Below, in pieces: positions 1 to 8,457 of a stretch of DNA of 32,000 bases. A model generated the notes under the pieces. It saw only the letters and a list, made by a program, of their open reading frames with translations, was not told where the DNA came from and ran no database searches. The stretch comes from Aquifex aeolicus VF5. Its GTDB lineage: Bacteria; Aquificota; Aquificia; Aquificales; Aquificaceae. Made by a program: the position numbers and the translations under genes. Numbering within the stretch: the stretch's first letter is position 1; every line of letters begins with the position of its first letter. The stretch covers positions 1,500,001 through 1,532,000 of the forward strand of contig NC_000918.1 in assembly GCF_000008625.1 (NCBI RefSeq), written 5' to 3'.

Positions 1-44
1 GCTTTAAGAACGCTTACGTTGACCTAAAGAGAATAGAAAAGGAC

Positions 45-938
45 TTAAAGTCTTCTGAAGAAGAGGGAAAGAACAACTCCGATTAAGTTCTGTGAGAGAC
101 TAAAAATAGCGGAGGGAAGAGCGGAGACTTTTGAAAAGTACTTTAGAGCGAGAACCGTGGAAAGTCCAGAGTTTTGCATACCCACCTCTATTGAAAGGGC
201 TTTCACCTTCCTTTTATCAAGCCCGGCCAACAGCCCGAAAAGGTATCCCAGGAGAAAACCGAGGACGTTGTGAATCAAAACCACACTCAGAACGAGAAAA
301 GAGAGTTCCTTTAAAAGTTTTGAGTTCAGGGCAAATATTACAGCGATTATGAGGGAAATTGAGAAAACCGCCAGGAAAGGTAAAAACTTTTCAACTTTGT
401 TTATTTGGTATCTCAGGAAGTAGCGAAGAACCATACCGAGTAAAACGGGAACTATAACTATCTTCAAGGTAGTTTCAAACATAGAAAGGAATGGAACTTC
501 TACGTACTTGCCCGCGAGAACGTATGTCCATAGTGGGGTAAAAAGAGGTGAGAGTAGGGTTGATGTGGTCGTCATTGAGATTGAGTAAGATAAATCTCCT
601 CTGGATAGGTAAGTTATCAAATTGGAGGCGGTTCCGCCCGGAGCACTCCCGACGAGCACAACGCCCACAAGCAGTTCCGGGGGAAGTTTGAAGAGTTTTG
701 AGAGAAGATAACCGCTCAGGGGCATTACCGTGTACTGCAAAAGTGCACCGTAAAAGACTATAAAGGGCTTTCTCGCTATTTCCTTGAAGTCCTCAGGGGT
801 AAGCGTGAGCCCCATTGAGAGCATAATCACTATCAGGAGGGGAAGTATAAGGGGTTTTAGGTTTGCGAAGAATTCAGGAAAGAGTATCCCGAGGAGCGAG
901 AGCGATACGAGAATGAGTAAAAAGGAAAAGTCCTTCAT
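45..938 (-). CDS. Bile acid:Na+ symporter (BASS/SBF-like) family membrane transporter
   Basis: 297-aa polytopic membrane protein. The SAPGGTASNLITYLSRGDLSYSISMTTTSTLLSPLFTPL block is typical of the BASS family. Start ATG at 938. Confidence 0.8.
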   Translation of the reverse strand: MKDFSFLLILVSLSLLGILFPEFFANLKPLILPLLIVIMLSMGLTLTPEDFKEIARKPFIVFYGALLQYTVMPLSGYLLSKLFKLPPELLVGVVLVGSAPGGTASNLITYLSRGDLSYSISMTTTSTLLSPLFTPLWTYVLAGKYVEVPFLSMFETTLKIVIVPVLLGMVLRYFLRYQINKVEKFLPFLAVFSISLIIAVIFALNSKLLKELSFLVLSVVLIHNVLGFLLGYLFGLLAGLDKRKVKALSIEVGMQNSGLSTVLALKYFSKVSALPSAIFSLSQNLIGVVLSLFFRRL

Positions 939-941
939 TTC

Positions 942-977
942 TTAGGATTTTAAATTGCGTGTGATAAAATCCCAAGT
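942..977 (+). promoter_or_regulatory. Candidate extended -10 promoter (TGaTAAAAT at 962-970, weak -35 TTAGGA at 942-947), 7 nt upstream of the ATG at 978
   Basis: TG at 962-963 and TAAAAT at 965-970, then the 7-nt spacer cccaagt and ATG at 978. No Shine-Dalgarno. Confidence 0.4.
947..975 (-). promoter_or_regulatory. Candidate promoter for the BASS transporter gene: TTGGGA -17 nt- TAAAAT, then 8 nt to the ATG
   Basis: The reverse complement of 947-952 is TAAAAT and of 970-975 is TTGGGA. Only 8 nt (cctaagaa) separate the -10 from the ATG, with no Shine-Dalgarno. Confidence 0.4.
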
Positions 978-1106
978 ATGGACAACACTACTTTGATCGT
1001 TGTCCTGTTCGTAATAGGTGTTTTATTCGGAATTGTAGCCTTCGGTATGGTTCTCAGGCTTTATCAAAGGGAAAAGGGTGGAAAGGGAAGTTCTGAAGAT
1101 TCTTAA
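978..1106 (+). CDS. Small single-pass membrane protein (42 aa), not in the supplied ORF track
   Basis: Manual translation gives [42 protein letters not shown] followed by a stop. It has one clear TM helix and a charged tail, and is preceded by an extended -10 at leaderless distance. Confidence 0.35.
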   Translation: MDNTTLIVVLFVIGVLFGIVAFGMVLRLYQREKGGKGSSEDS

Positions 1107-1431
1107 TGAACCGCTGGTGATTTTCTTTATCTGGATGGCTGTTCTTTACCTGATAGCCACGGTATTTCTCACTAAACGCTTTGCCTTCTGGGTGTCTTCA
1201 CTCCTCACGACCTACCTCTGGCTCAAGATGGGAATGGACGAAAAAGCCCTTCTCTTTGCGTGGGGTGTTATATTCCTTATTCTGTTCGTAGTCTACGTTG
1301 CGAGTGTCTTGTTTCACATACCTCCCTTTACCTTCTTTACTGGTAAAAAACTCTGCAAAGTTTGTTACATGGCTGTTCCCAGAAAGGCAAAGATATGCCC
1401 TTACTGTCACTCTGAGTTAAACGGTTCGTAA
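1078..1431 (+). CDS. Membrane protein with C-terminal zinc-ribbon (CxxC...CxxC)
   Basis: Three predicted TM helices followed by [19 protein letters not shown]. The start is uncertain: GTG at 1078 overlaps the mini-ORF, and ATG at 1135 is an alternative. The 3' end overlaps fmt by 25 nt. Confidence 0.5.
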
Positions 1432-2318
1432 AGCTGAGGTCTGTATCCCCTCATGAAGTCCTCTCCGCGCATCTTCTTTCCTTTGGGCGAAATTAATTCA
1501 AGAATTTCTAAAGATTTTTCTCCGCACGCCACTATGAGCCTTTTCGTGTCCTGTATCTCTCCGGGGTATCCCTCCAAATCCACAACCCTCGCTTTTAGTA
1601 TCTTTATCCTGTTTCCCCTGAACGTGGTGTACGCGTTGGGATAGAGTCCTCTAATCCTGTCTCTCACACTTTCAGCAGAAGCTTTCCAGCAAATTCTGTA
1701 CTCTTCCTTTTGAACAGGCGGGGCGTAGGTGGCCTCCTCGTGGTTCTGGGGAACGGGCTTTACTTTGCCTTCAAACCAAAGTCTTAGGGTGTTTACGAGG
1801 AGTTTAGCTCCGCTTTTTGCGAGTTTTTCGGATAGGGTTAGGAAGTTATCTTCCTCTTCAATGGGAATTTTTTCCTGAGCGAGTATGTCTCCCGCGTCCA
1901 TCTCCTCATTTACGAGCATGACCGTGTTGCCCGTTTCCTTTTCCCCAGCCATGATTGCCCTCTGGATTGGTGCGGCTCCCCTGTACTTGGGAAGGAGTGA
2001 GGCGTGAAGGTTTATCGTTTTGTAAGGAGGAAGGTCCAGAACTTCTTTCGGAAGTATCTTTCCGTAAGCGACCACCACTATACAGTCTGGTTTCAGTTCT
2101 TCTACGAGTGGTATTAATTCTTTTTTCTTCTCGGGCTGGTATATGGGAATTCCCAGTTTCTGGGCGAGCACTTTGGTGGGTGGAGGGGTTAATTTCTTTC
2201 CCCTTCCCGCCGGTTTGTCGGGTTGGGCAACCACTCCTATGACCTTGAAGTTTTTAGCGAACTCCTCCAGAGAGGGGACCGCGAACTGGGGAGTTCCCAT
2301 GAAGAGGATTCTCTTCAA
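1407..2318 (-). CDS. fmt: Methionyl-tRNA formyltransferase
   Basis: N-terminal [15 protein letters not shown] and the [18 protein letters not shown] motif. TTG start overlaps the panC stop (TTGA), with GGAAGGTG as Shine-Dalgarno. Confidence 0.95.
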
Positions 2319-3163
2319 GACTGCACCTTCCAGTTGTCTATGAGTCTGGCATTTCCTACCCTTACAGCGACTAGAATTCTGTCCCCCTTCTCAACAGTTT
2401 CCTTCGGGTTTAAGTTCTGGTCCGTTATCTCCACGTAGTCCACTCCCTTAACGTGAGGGTGTCTCTCTATAAAAGCCCTTATCGCCTCCTTTATCCTTTT
2501 TGCATCCCTCTCTCCCGCCTTTATCATCTTCTCCGCGAGGAGGAAGGACTTGTAAATGGAAAGGGCTGATTCCCTCTCTTCTGGGGAGAGGTAAACGTTT
2601 CTGGAGCTGTAAGCGAGTCCGTCTTCTTCCCTCACTATCGGCACGGGAACTATCTCAACGGGAATGTTGAGGTCCTCCACCACCTGCTCTATTATCTTGA
2701 GTTGCTGGTAATCCTTTTCCCCGAAGTACGCCCTGTTTGGCTGAACTATGTTAAAGAGTTTTACGACTATCGTAGCCACTCCGTCAAAGTGTCCCGGTCT
2801 GAACTCTCCTTCCAGTACCTTACCGAGTTCCCCTACGCACACCTTAGTTCTATAGCCCTTCGGGTATATTTCGTCAACTTCCGGTGCAAATACAACGTCA
2901 ACACCCTCTTCTTCGCAGATTTCAAGGTCTCTCTCCAGATCCCTCGGATACCTGTCGTAGTCTTCTCCCTCTCCGAACTGAGTCGGGTTCACGAAGATGC
3001 TCACAACAACTATGTCGTTCTGCATTCTGGCGAGTTTTATAAGCTGTCTGTGCCCTTCATGGAGGTATCCCATGGTGGGAACGAAGCCTATTTCCTTTCC
3101 TTCACACCTCTTGTTTTTCAGGAAGTTTCTCAAGTCCTTAATTTTCTTAAACAGGAGTGGCAT
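2315..3163 (-). CDS. panC: Pantoate--beta-alanine ligase (pantothenate synthetase)
   Basis: [14 protein letters not shown] (HIGH-like) and FGEKDYQQ motifs. 282 aa. Confidence 0.95.
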
Positions 3164-3183
3164 CGCTAAATATTATATATTTT
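3164..3183. promoter_or_regulatory. 20-bp AT-rich divergent control region holding overlapping -10 hexamers for both flanking genes
   Basis: Plus strand: TATTAT at 3171-3176, then 7 nt to ATG 3184. Minus strand: TATAAT (reverse complement of 3172-3177), then 8 nt to ATG 3163. No Shine-Dalgarno on either side. Confidence 0.45.
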
Positions 3184-3528
3184 ATGAGGTTATACGGTAT
3201 TCCCTCCGAGGACAGAGCTGAAGAAATAGCGAATAACATAAAGGAAGGGGAGTGGGTATTCGTGGACAGGCAGGAAAATAAAAAGGAATTTCTGAGTGCA
3301 GAAGAGGCAAGGGAGAAGTTCAAGGAGCTCATAAATCAGGTAAGGAGCTGGAAAGAACAGATGAGCACCCTCTCCAAGTACGCAATATTTATATTCGTTG
3401 ACGATACACAAAATCCGAAGGCTATAAAGGTTTACGACACTTCCTCTCTCGGCTGTTCAACTAGCCTCGTTCCAGAAAGGTGGAGACTTTACAGAAAGGA
3501 GATGGAAGGTGAGTTCAATGATAATTAA
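3184..3528 (+). CDS. Hypothetical protein (114 aa)
   Basis: The ORF track starts at GTG 3157, but that would overlap the panC start, so ATG 3184 (MRLYGIPSED...) is preferred. No recognisable motif. Purine-rich codon usage matches neighbouring genes. Confidence 0.55.
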   Translation: MRLYGIPSEDRAEEIANNIKEGEWVFVDRQENKKEFLSAEEAREKFKELINQVRSWKEQMSTLSKYAIFIFVDDTQNPKAIKVYDTSSLGCSTSLVPERWRLYRKEMEGEFNDN

Positions 3529-4153
3529 GGTAATACCGGTCGGTCCCATAGCCGTAAACTGCTCGGTAGTGGCGGACGAAAAGAGTGGAGAAGCCATAAT
3601 AATTGACCCCGGAGCGGAGGCGGAAAAGATTTTAGAAGCTGTGAAGGACTTCAAAGTTGTGGGAATAGTTGCGACCCACGGACACATAGACCACGTGGGG
3701 CAGGTTGGGAAACTCAAAGAACTCTTTGACGTCCCTTTTTACATGAATCCACTTGACAAGTTTTTAATTAACGACGAGATTTGGAGCGGTTTTGCTTCCT
3801 ACATCGGTGCGGTTCCCTGTCCCGAGCCCGATGTAGAGATAAGTGAAGGAGACGTTATAAGAGTGGGAGATGTGGAATTTAAAGTCCTTCACACACCGGG
3901 ACACACGCCCGGGCTTTGCTGTCTTTACGAGGAAAAGAGGAGGGTTTTGATAGCGGGGGACCTTCTCTTTAAGGGAAGCGTGGGGAGGTGGGACCTTCCA
4001 GGAGGAAACCTCGTGGAGCTTAAAAAATCCGTAAAAAGGGTTCTTACAGAGCTTCCGCAGGACACACTCGTTATATGCGGGCACTACGACGAGACAACGA
4101 TAGGGCAGGAAAGGGCTTTTAATCCCTTTGCAGGAGAGCTTTTGAATGGATGA
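3518..4153 (+). CDS. Metallo-beta-lactamase fold hydrolase (glyoxalase II-like)
   Basis: THGHIDHVG (HxHxDH) and HTPGHTPG motifs. ATG 3518 is preceded by GGAAGGTGA. The track start GTG 3509 is also possible. Confidence 0.85.
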   Translation: MIIKVIPVGPIAVNCSVVADEKSGEAIIIDPGAEAEKILEAVKDFKVVGIVATHGHIDHVGQVGKLKELFDVPFYMNPLDKFLINDEIWSGFASYIGAVPCPEPDVEISEGDVIRVGDVEFKVLHTPGHTPGLCCLYEEKRRVLIAGDLLFKGSVGRWDLPGGNLVELKKSVKRVLTELPQDTLVICGHYDETTIGQERAFNPFAGELLNG

Positions 4154-4907
4154 AGTAGTAAGGCTTGAACACATTTACAAGGAGATAGAAGGAAGAGTAA
4201 TATTGAAAGATGTAAATTTTTCCGTTTACAAGGGGGAGATTTTCTCCATAATAGGGGGAAGCGGGAGCGGAAAGACTTCCATAACAAAACTGATAGTGGG
4301 TCTGTGGAAGCCGACAAAGGGTAAAGTTCTCGTTTTCAGGAAAAACGTTCCGGAACTTTCGGGACTCGAACTTGACGAACTTCGCAAAAACATAGGCTAT
4401 GTCTTTCAGGAAGGGGCACTCTTTGACAGTTACAGAGTCTGGGAAAACGTGGTTTTTTATTACTTAGAACACGGAAAGCACAATAAGGAAGAACTAAGGA
4501 AAATGGCACTTGAGAACCTGAAACTTGTAAATGTGGATGAGAGTGTTCTTGACCTTTACCCTTCCGAACTTTTTGGAGGTATGCGAAAGAGGGTAGCGAT
4601 TGCAAGAGCAATAGCTACGAGACCCCAGTTAATCATATACGACGAGCCAACTTCCGGACTCGACCCCATCACGAGCAGAGTCATAGACAAACTAATCTTA
4701 GAACTCAGGAACAAAACGGGAACGACTTCCCTCGTGGTTACCCACGATATGATATCCGCCTTTACGATATCCGACAGGGTTATGGTCATAAAAAACGGGG
4801 AAATTATAGCAATAGGAAAGCCTGATGAAGTTATAGACTACCCCCACCCCTACATTCAGGAGTTCGTGGGAGCTATCAAGTCCTGCCTCAAACACGCCAA
4901 GGTTTAG
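4146..4907 (+). CDS. ABC transporter ATP-binding protein, MlaF-like
   Basis: Walker A GGSGSGKTS, Q-loop, signature region PSELFGGMRKRVAIARA, Walker B LIIYDEPTSGLD and H-loop VVTHD. There is no adjacent permease. Confidence 0.85.
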   Translation: MDEVVRLEHIYKEIEGRVILKDVNFSVYKGEIFSIIGGSGSGKTSITKLIVGLWKPTKGKVLVFRKNVPELSGLELDELRKNIGYVFQEGALFDSYRVWENVVFYYLEHGKHNKEELRKMALENLKLVNVDESVLDLYPSELFGGMRKRVAIARAIATRPQLIIYDEPTSGLDPITSRVIDKLILELRNKTGTTSLVVTHDMISAFTISDRVMVIKNGEIIAIGKPDEVIDYPHPYIQEFVGAIKSCLKHAKV

Positions 4908-4916
4908 AATAAACCT

Positions 4917-5540
4917 ATGCTCAAAAATCCCCTCTTTATCCACGGATGGGCGTTTTCCTCAAAGGTATTTAATGACTTTCACGGTATAAAGTACGACCTT
5001 CCCGGGCACGGAAAAAATAAAAATCCCTACGAGAGTATAGAAAAAGTAGTGGAAGAAATTGGAAAAATAGCCACTTCAAAACACGACGTTGTAGGCTGGT
5101 CCCTTGGAGGAAGTCTGGCACTTCTTTTCGCTTACAGGTATCCAGAAAAGGTAAACAGGTTGATCCTTATAGGGACCACTCCCCACTTTAAAGGAGCGTG
5201 GAGCGAAAAGAATATAAGGGCTATGAAACTCCTGATAAAGAAGAAGGGGATAAAAGCTTTCAGGGAACTAGCCTACGGGAAATTTGAGGACTTCTTTGAC
5301 GAGGAGCAGGGCATGAGATTTCTTGAGGACTACGTGAACCTGAACTTGTACACTGTACTTCCCTATATAAAGAAGGAGGTTTACCTGATACACGGAGTTT
5401 CGGACAGAATAGTTCCGTATTCAGAAGCTTACAAACTGCATAGAGCTTTAAAATGCTCTAAATTAATCCTTCTCGGAGGAGGACACTTCCCTGTCAGAAA
5501 TGAAGAACACCTTAGGAAGGCAATTCTCAAGGGCTACTGA
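4917..5540 (+). CDS. bioH: Alpha/beta hydrolase, BioH-like pimeloyl-ACP methyl ester esterase
   Basis: Nucleophile elbow VGWSLGGS, with downstream Asp (GVSDRIVP) and His (GGGHFP). It lies immediately upstream of, and overlaps, a BioC-like methyltransferase gene. Confidence 0.6.
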   Translation: MLKNPLFIHGWAFSSKVFNDFHGIKYDLPGHGKNKNPYESIEKVVEEIGKIATSKHDVVGWSLGGSLALLFAYRYPEKVNRLILIGTTPHFKGAWSEKNIRAMKLLIKKKGIKAFRELAYGKFEDFFDEEQGMRFLEDYVNLNLYTVLPYIKKEVYLIHGVSDRIVPYSEAYKLHRALKCSKLILLGGGHFPVRNEEHLRKAILKGY

Positions 5541-6153
5541 AACCTACGAAAAGTGGGCAGTTCCCCAGAGAAAGTCTGCAAAAATCCTAGTGGAGTTCGT
5601 GAAGCCCTCAGGCCTGGTTCTTGACCTCGGGTGTGGGACGGGCTTTGTTTCAGAATTTGTAAATGACTGCGAAGTCGTAGGACTTGATATCTCGGAGGGA
5701 ATGGCAAAAGCCTACAGGGAAAAGTTCAGGAAGGTAGTTATCGGTAATGCGGAAAATCTGCCCTTTAAAGATAGGAGTTTTGACTTCGTTCTGAGTAACT
5801 TCTCCCTTCACTGGAGCGACTGGAGGAAAAGTATAAGGGAAGCCCTGAGAGTTTGTAAAAATTTCGTAGGTGTGGCCATTCCCGTCTACGGAAGTGTAAG
5901 TTTTTCGGAATTTCCCTTTCCCAAGGCGGAAGAAATTTTAGAGGAGTTCAAACCACAGGAGTTCAAAATCATCAACCTGGAAATCCCTTTCAGGGGAATG
6001 GAGCTCATTAAGTTTTTCCACTACACGGGAACTGCAAACTTCACGGGAAAGAAAAACTTCAAAACCAAGAGGGAACTCATAAAACTTTCCAAGGACTTAG
6101 AAAAAGAATACTTTAAGGTCCTGTTCTTAAAGCTCAAGAGCAGAGCTTTTTAA
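5500..6153 (+). CDS. bioC: SAM-dependent methyltransferase, BioC-like (malonyl-ACP O-methyltransferase)
   Basis: N-terminal FSRATETYEKWAVPQR and SAM motif VLDLGCGTG. Overlaps the bioH-like gene by 41 nt. Confidence 0.6.
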   Translation: MKNTLGRQFSRATETYEKWAVPQRKSAKILVEFVKPSGLVLDLGCGTGFVSEFVNDCEVVGLDISEGMAKAYREKFRKVVIGNAENLPFKDRSFDFVLSNFSLHWSDWRKSIREALRVCKNFVGVAIPVYGSVSFSEFPFPKAEEILEEFKPQEFKIINLEIPFRGMELIKFFHYTGTANFTGKKNFKTKRELIKLSKDLEKEYFKVLFLKLKSRAF

Positions 6154-6439
6154 GGATTTCTCCCAGAGAAGTTACCACCTGACTGTTTGGAATAACCTCG
6201 TCAACTCCCAGCTCCTTTGCCTTTTGAATTAAGGGAACGTTCTTATGCCCGCAGTATCCCACAACTTTCTTTCCCTTTTCTTTTAGCTCCTTAACCACTT
6301 CCAGACCTTTAGGAGATTCAAGGTTTACGACTCCCGCGCACGCCTCTTCTTTATCGGAAATCTCAAAACCCTGTGAACTCAAAAGAGACCTAACTCTTGA
6401 GGCCAGTATAAGGTTCGTGTCGTAGAGAAAGACCTTCAT
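6134..6439 (-). CDS. Small receiver-like (CheY-fold-like) protein lacking canonical phospho-acceptor residues
   Basis: 101 aa with an alternating beta/alpha pattern. By-eye alignment to receiver domains places Asn at the phospho-Asp position (VVNLES). The alignment was not computed. Confidence 0.45.
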   Translation of the reverse strand: MKVFLYDTNLILASRVRSLLSSQGFEISDKEEACAGVVNLESPKGLEVVKELKEKGKKVVGYCGHKNVPLIQKAKELGVDEVIPNSQVVTSLGEILKKLCS

Positions 6440-6446
6440 ACTATGT

Positions 6447-6456
6447 TAAAATTTTA
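6447..6456. promoter_or_regulatory. Palindrome TAAAATTTTA giving a TAAAAT -10 hexamer on each strand, in the 22-bp divergent gap
   Basis: Plus strand: TAAAAT at 6447-6452, 9 nt before glyS ATG 6462. Minus strand: TAAAAT (reverse complement of 6451-6456), 11 nt before ATG 6439. Confidence 0.35.
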
Positions 6457-6461
6457 GGCAA

Positions 6462-8456
6462 ATGACCAACGAGCTTCTTATCGAAATAGGCACGGAGGAG
6501 CTTCCCGCCGGAGTAATAAACCCAGCACTTGATTACTTAAAAGATAAGATAAACTCCCTTCTCAACGCAAGACAAGTAAAAACCTATGGAACACCCAGGA
6601 GACTAACCCTTTACTTTAAAGACTTTGAAAATGAAAGAAAGGAAAAAAAAGAGGTAATATGGGGTCCTCCCAAAAATGTAGCTTACGACGAGAAGGGAAA
6701 TCCCACAAAAGCCCTTGAAGGTTTCCTTAAAAAAAACAACGCATCACTTGAAGAGGTAAAAGTTTTAAAGAAAGACAAAGGCGAGTACGTGGCAATAGTA
6801 AGAAAAGTAATAGAAAAATCACCAATTGAGAAACTTCAGGAAGAGTTTGAAGAAATCCTTCTTTCCGTTCCCTTCCCAAAACGAATGCGCTGGACCTCTT
6901 CAAAGAGGATAACCTTCTCAAGACCTGTCAGGTGGATTCTCGCCCTCTTCAACGGCCAAGTGCTAAAACTGAGGTTCGGAGAACTGGAGAGTTCCAATAA
7001 AACCTACGGCCACAGGTTCTTATCAAAAGGCGAAGTAACGATAAACAACCCAGCAGATTACGAAAAAACCTTGAAAGAACACTACGTTATACCGGACTTC
7101 AACGAAAGGAAGGAGATTATTCTCAGGGCCCTTGAAAAGAGCTCTCAGGAAGTAGGAGGAAAACCCTCTTACCCTGAGGGACTCGTTGAAGAAGTTACGA
7201 ACCTCGTGGAATACCCCTTTCCCGTCCTCGGGAAGTTTGACGAAAAGTACTTAGAACTCCCTCCCCTCGTCATCACAACCGTGGCGGCTCACCATCAGAG
7301 GTTTTTCTGCTTTGAAAAAGACGGAAAACTCTTAAACTACTTCCTCGGAATTAGCAATAACAAGCCAAATGAGAAGATAAAGGAAGGATATGAAAAAGTT
7401 CTGAGAGCGAGGCTGGAGGATGCACTCTTCTTTTACAGGGAAGATTTAAAAAAGGACCTGAAGAGTTTAATCCCCGAACTCAAAAAGGTACTCTTCCACC
7501 CTAAAGTCGGCTCTATGTACGAGAAAGAGGAGAGGATGGAAAAAATAGCCCAGAAGCTCTGTCCACTCCTTAAGTGTGAATGGGAAAAGGTAAAGGAAGC
7601 GGTCTGGCTCTCAAAGGTTGACCTTTTAACGGAGATGGTAAAGGAACTCGACGAACTTCAGGGCTACATGGGATACGTTTACGCAAAAGCTCAGGGCTAC
7701 GACGAAGAAGTTGCAAAAGCCCTCTGGGAGCAGTACTTTCCAAGGAGCTTGGAAGACAAAGTTCCTGAGACCACAACTGGCACAATACTCTCCCTTTCAG
7801 ACAAGATAGACAACCTATACTCCTTCTTTAAAGCGGGAGAAATCCCCAAGGGAAGTTCGGACCCTTACGGACTCAGGAGAAGTGCCTTCGGAATTATAAA
7901 GATCGTGGATGTGAAAAATCTGGACCTCAATCTAGAAGATTTCAAGGAAATATACGGGGAATTTAAGCAATATCCAAAACTCGTTGAATTCCTGAAACAG
8001 AGGTTAATCTCCTACCTTGAGGACTATCCCGTGGATATAGTAAGAGCTGTCCTGAACGTTTACTCTCCCATGGAGCCTTACAAAGTGATAAACAGCGTCA
8101 GAGTACTTTACGAAGCTTCAAAATCCCCTGAATTTCCCTCGGTCGTTGAGGCTGCAAAGCGTGTTATAAGGATAATTCCGAAGGACTGGAAAAATTACGA
8201 GGTTGACGAGAAATTATTAAGTGAGGAGGCTGAGAGGGAGTTGTACCAGAAACTTACAGAGTTTGAAAATAAAGAACTCAAAAGTCCTCTTGAACTGCTT
8301 CCCTTGAAAGAGTACATAGACAAGTTCTTTGACAACGTAAAGGTAATGGCCGAAGACGAAAAAATAAGAAACAACAGGATATCCCTCTTAAAGAGAGTAG
8401 AAAACCTCTTTAGAACGTTCGGAGACTTTAACGAAATTGTTATAAAGGAGGGCTGA
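6462..8456 (+). CDS. glyS: Glycine--tRNA ligase beta subunit
   Basis: 664 aa. N-terminal LLIEIGTEELPA and GTPRRL motifs typical of GlyS. Confidence 0.95.
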   Translation: MTNELLIEIGTEELPAGVINPALDYLKDKINSLLNARQVKTYGTPRRLTLYFKDFENERKEKKEVIWGPPKNVAYDEKGNPTKALEGFLKKNNASLEEVKVLKKDKGEYVAIVRKVIEKSPIEKLQEEFEEILLSVPFPKRMRWTSSKRITFSRPVRWILALFNGQVLKLRFGELESSNKTYGHRFLSKGEVTINNPADYEKTLKEHYVIPDFNERKEIILRALEKSSQEVGGKPSYPEGLVEEVTNLVEYPFPVLGKFDEKYLELPPLVITTVAAHHQRFFCFEKDGKLLNYFLGISNNKPNEKIKEGYEKVLRARLEDALFFYREDLKKDLKSLIPELKKVLFHPKVGSMYEKEERMEKIAQKLCPLLKCEWEKVKEAVWLSKVDLLTEMVKELDELQGYMGYVYAKAQGYDEEVAKALWEQYFPRSLEDKVPETTTGTILSLSDKIDNLYSFFKAGEIPKGSSDPYGLRRSAFGIIKIVDVKNLDLNLEDFKEIYGEFKQYPKLVEFLKQRLISYLEDYPVDIVRAVLNVYSPMEPYKVINSVRVLYEASKSPEFPSVVEAAKRVIRIIPKDWKNYEVDEKLLSEEAERELYQKLTEFENKELKSPLELLPLKEYIDKFFDNVKVMAEDEKIRNNRISLLKRVENLFRTFGDFNEIVIKEG

Positions 8457-8457
8457 T

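Noticed and set aside
131-352. Short plus-strand ORFs inside the BASS transporter gene and inside fmt (131-352, 1453-1644, 1955-2242, 2143-2343, 2223-2438).
   Set aside because: These are antisense shadows of well-supported minus-strand genes. Their translations are Pro/Arg/Ser-rich with no domain signatures.
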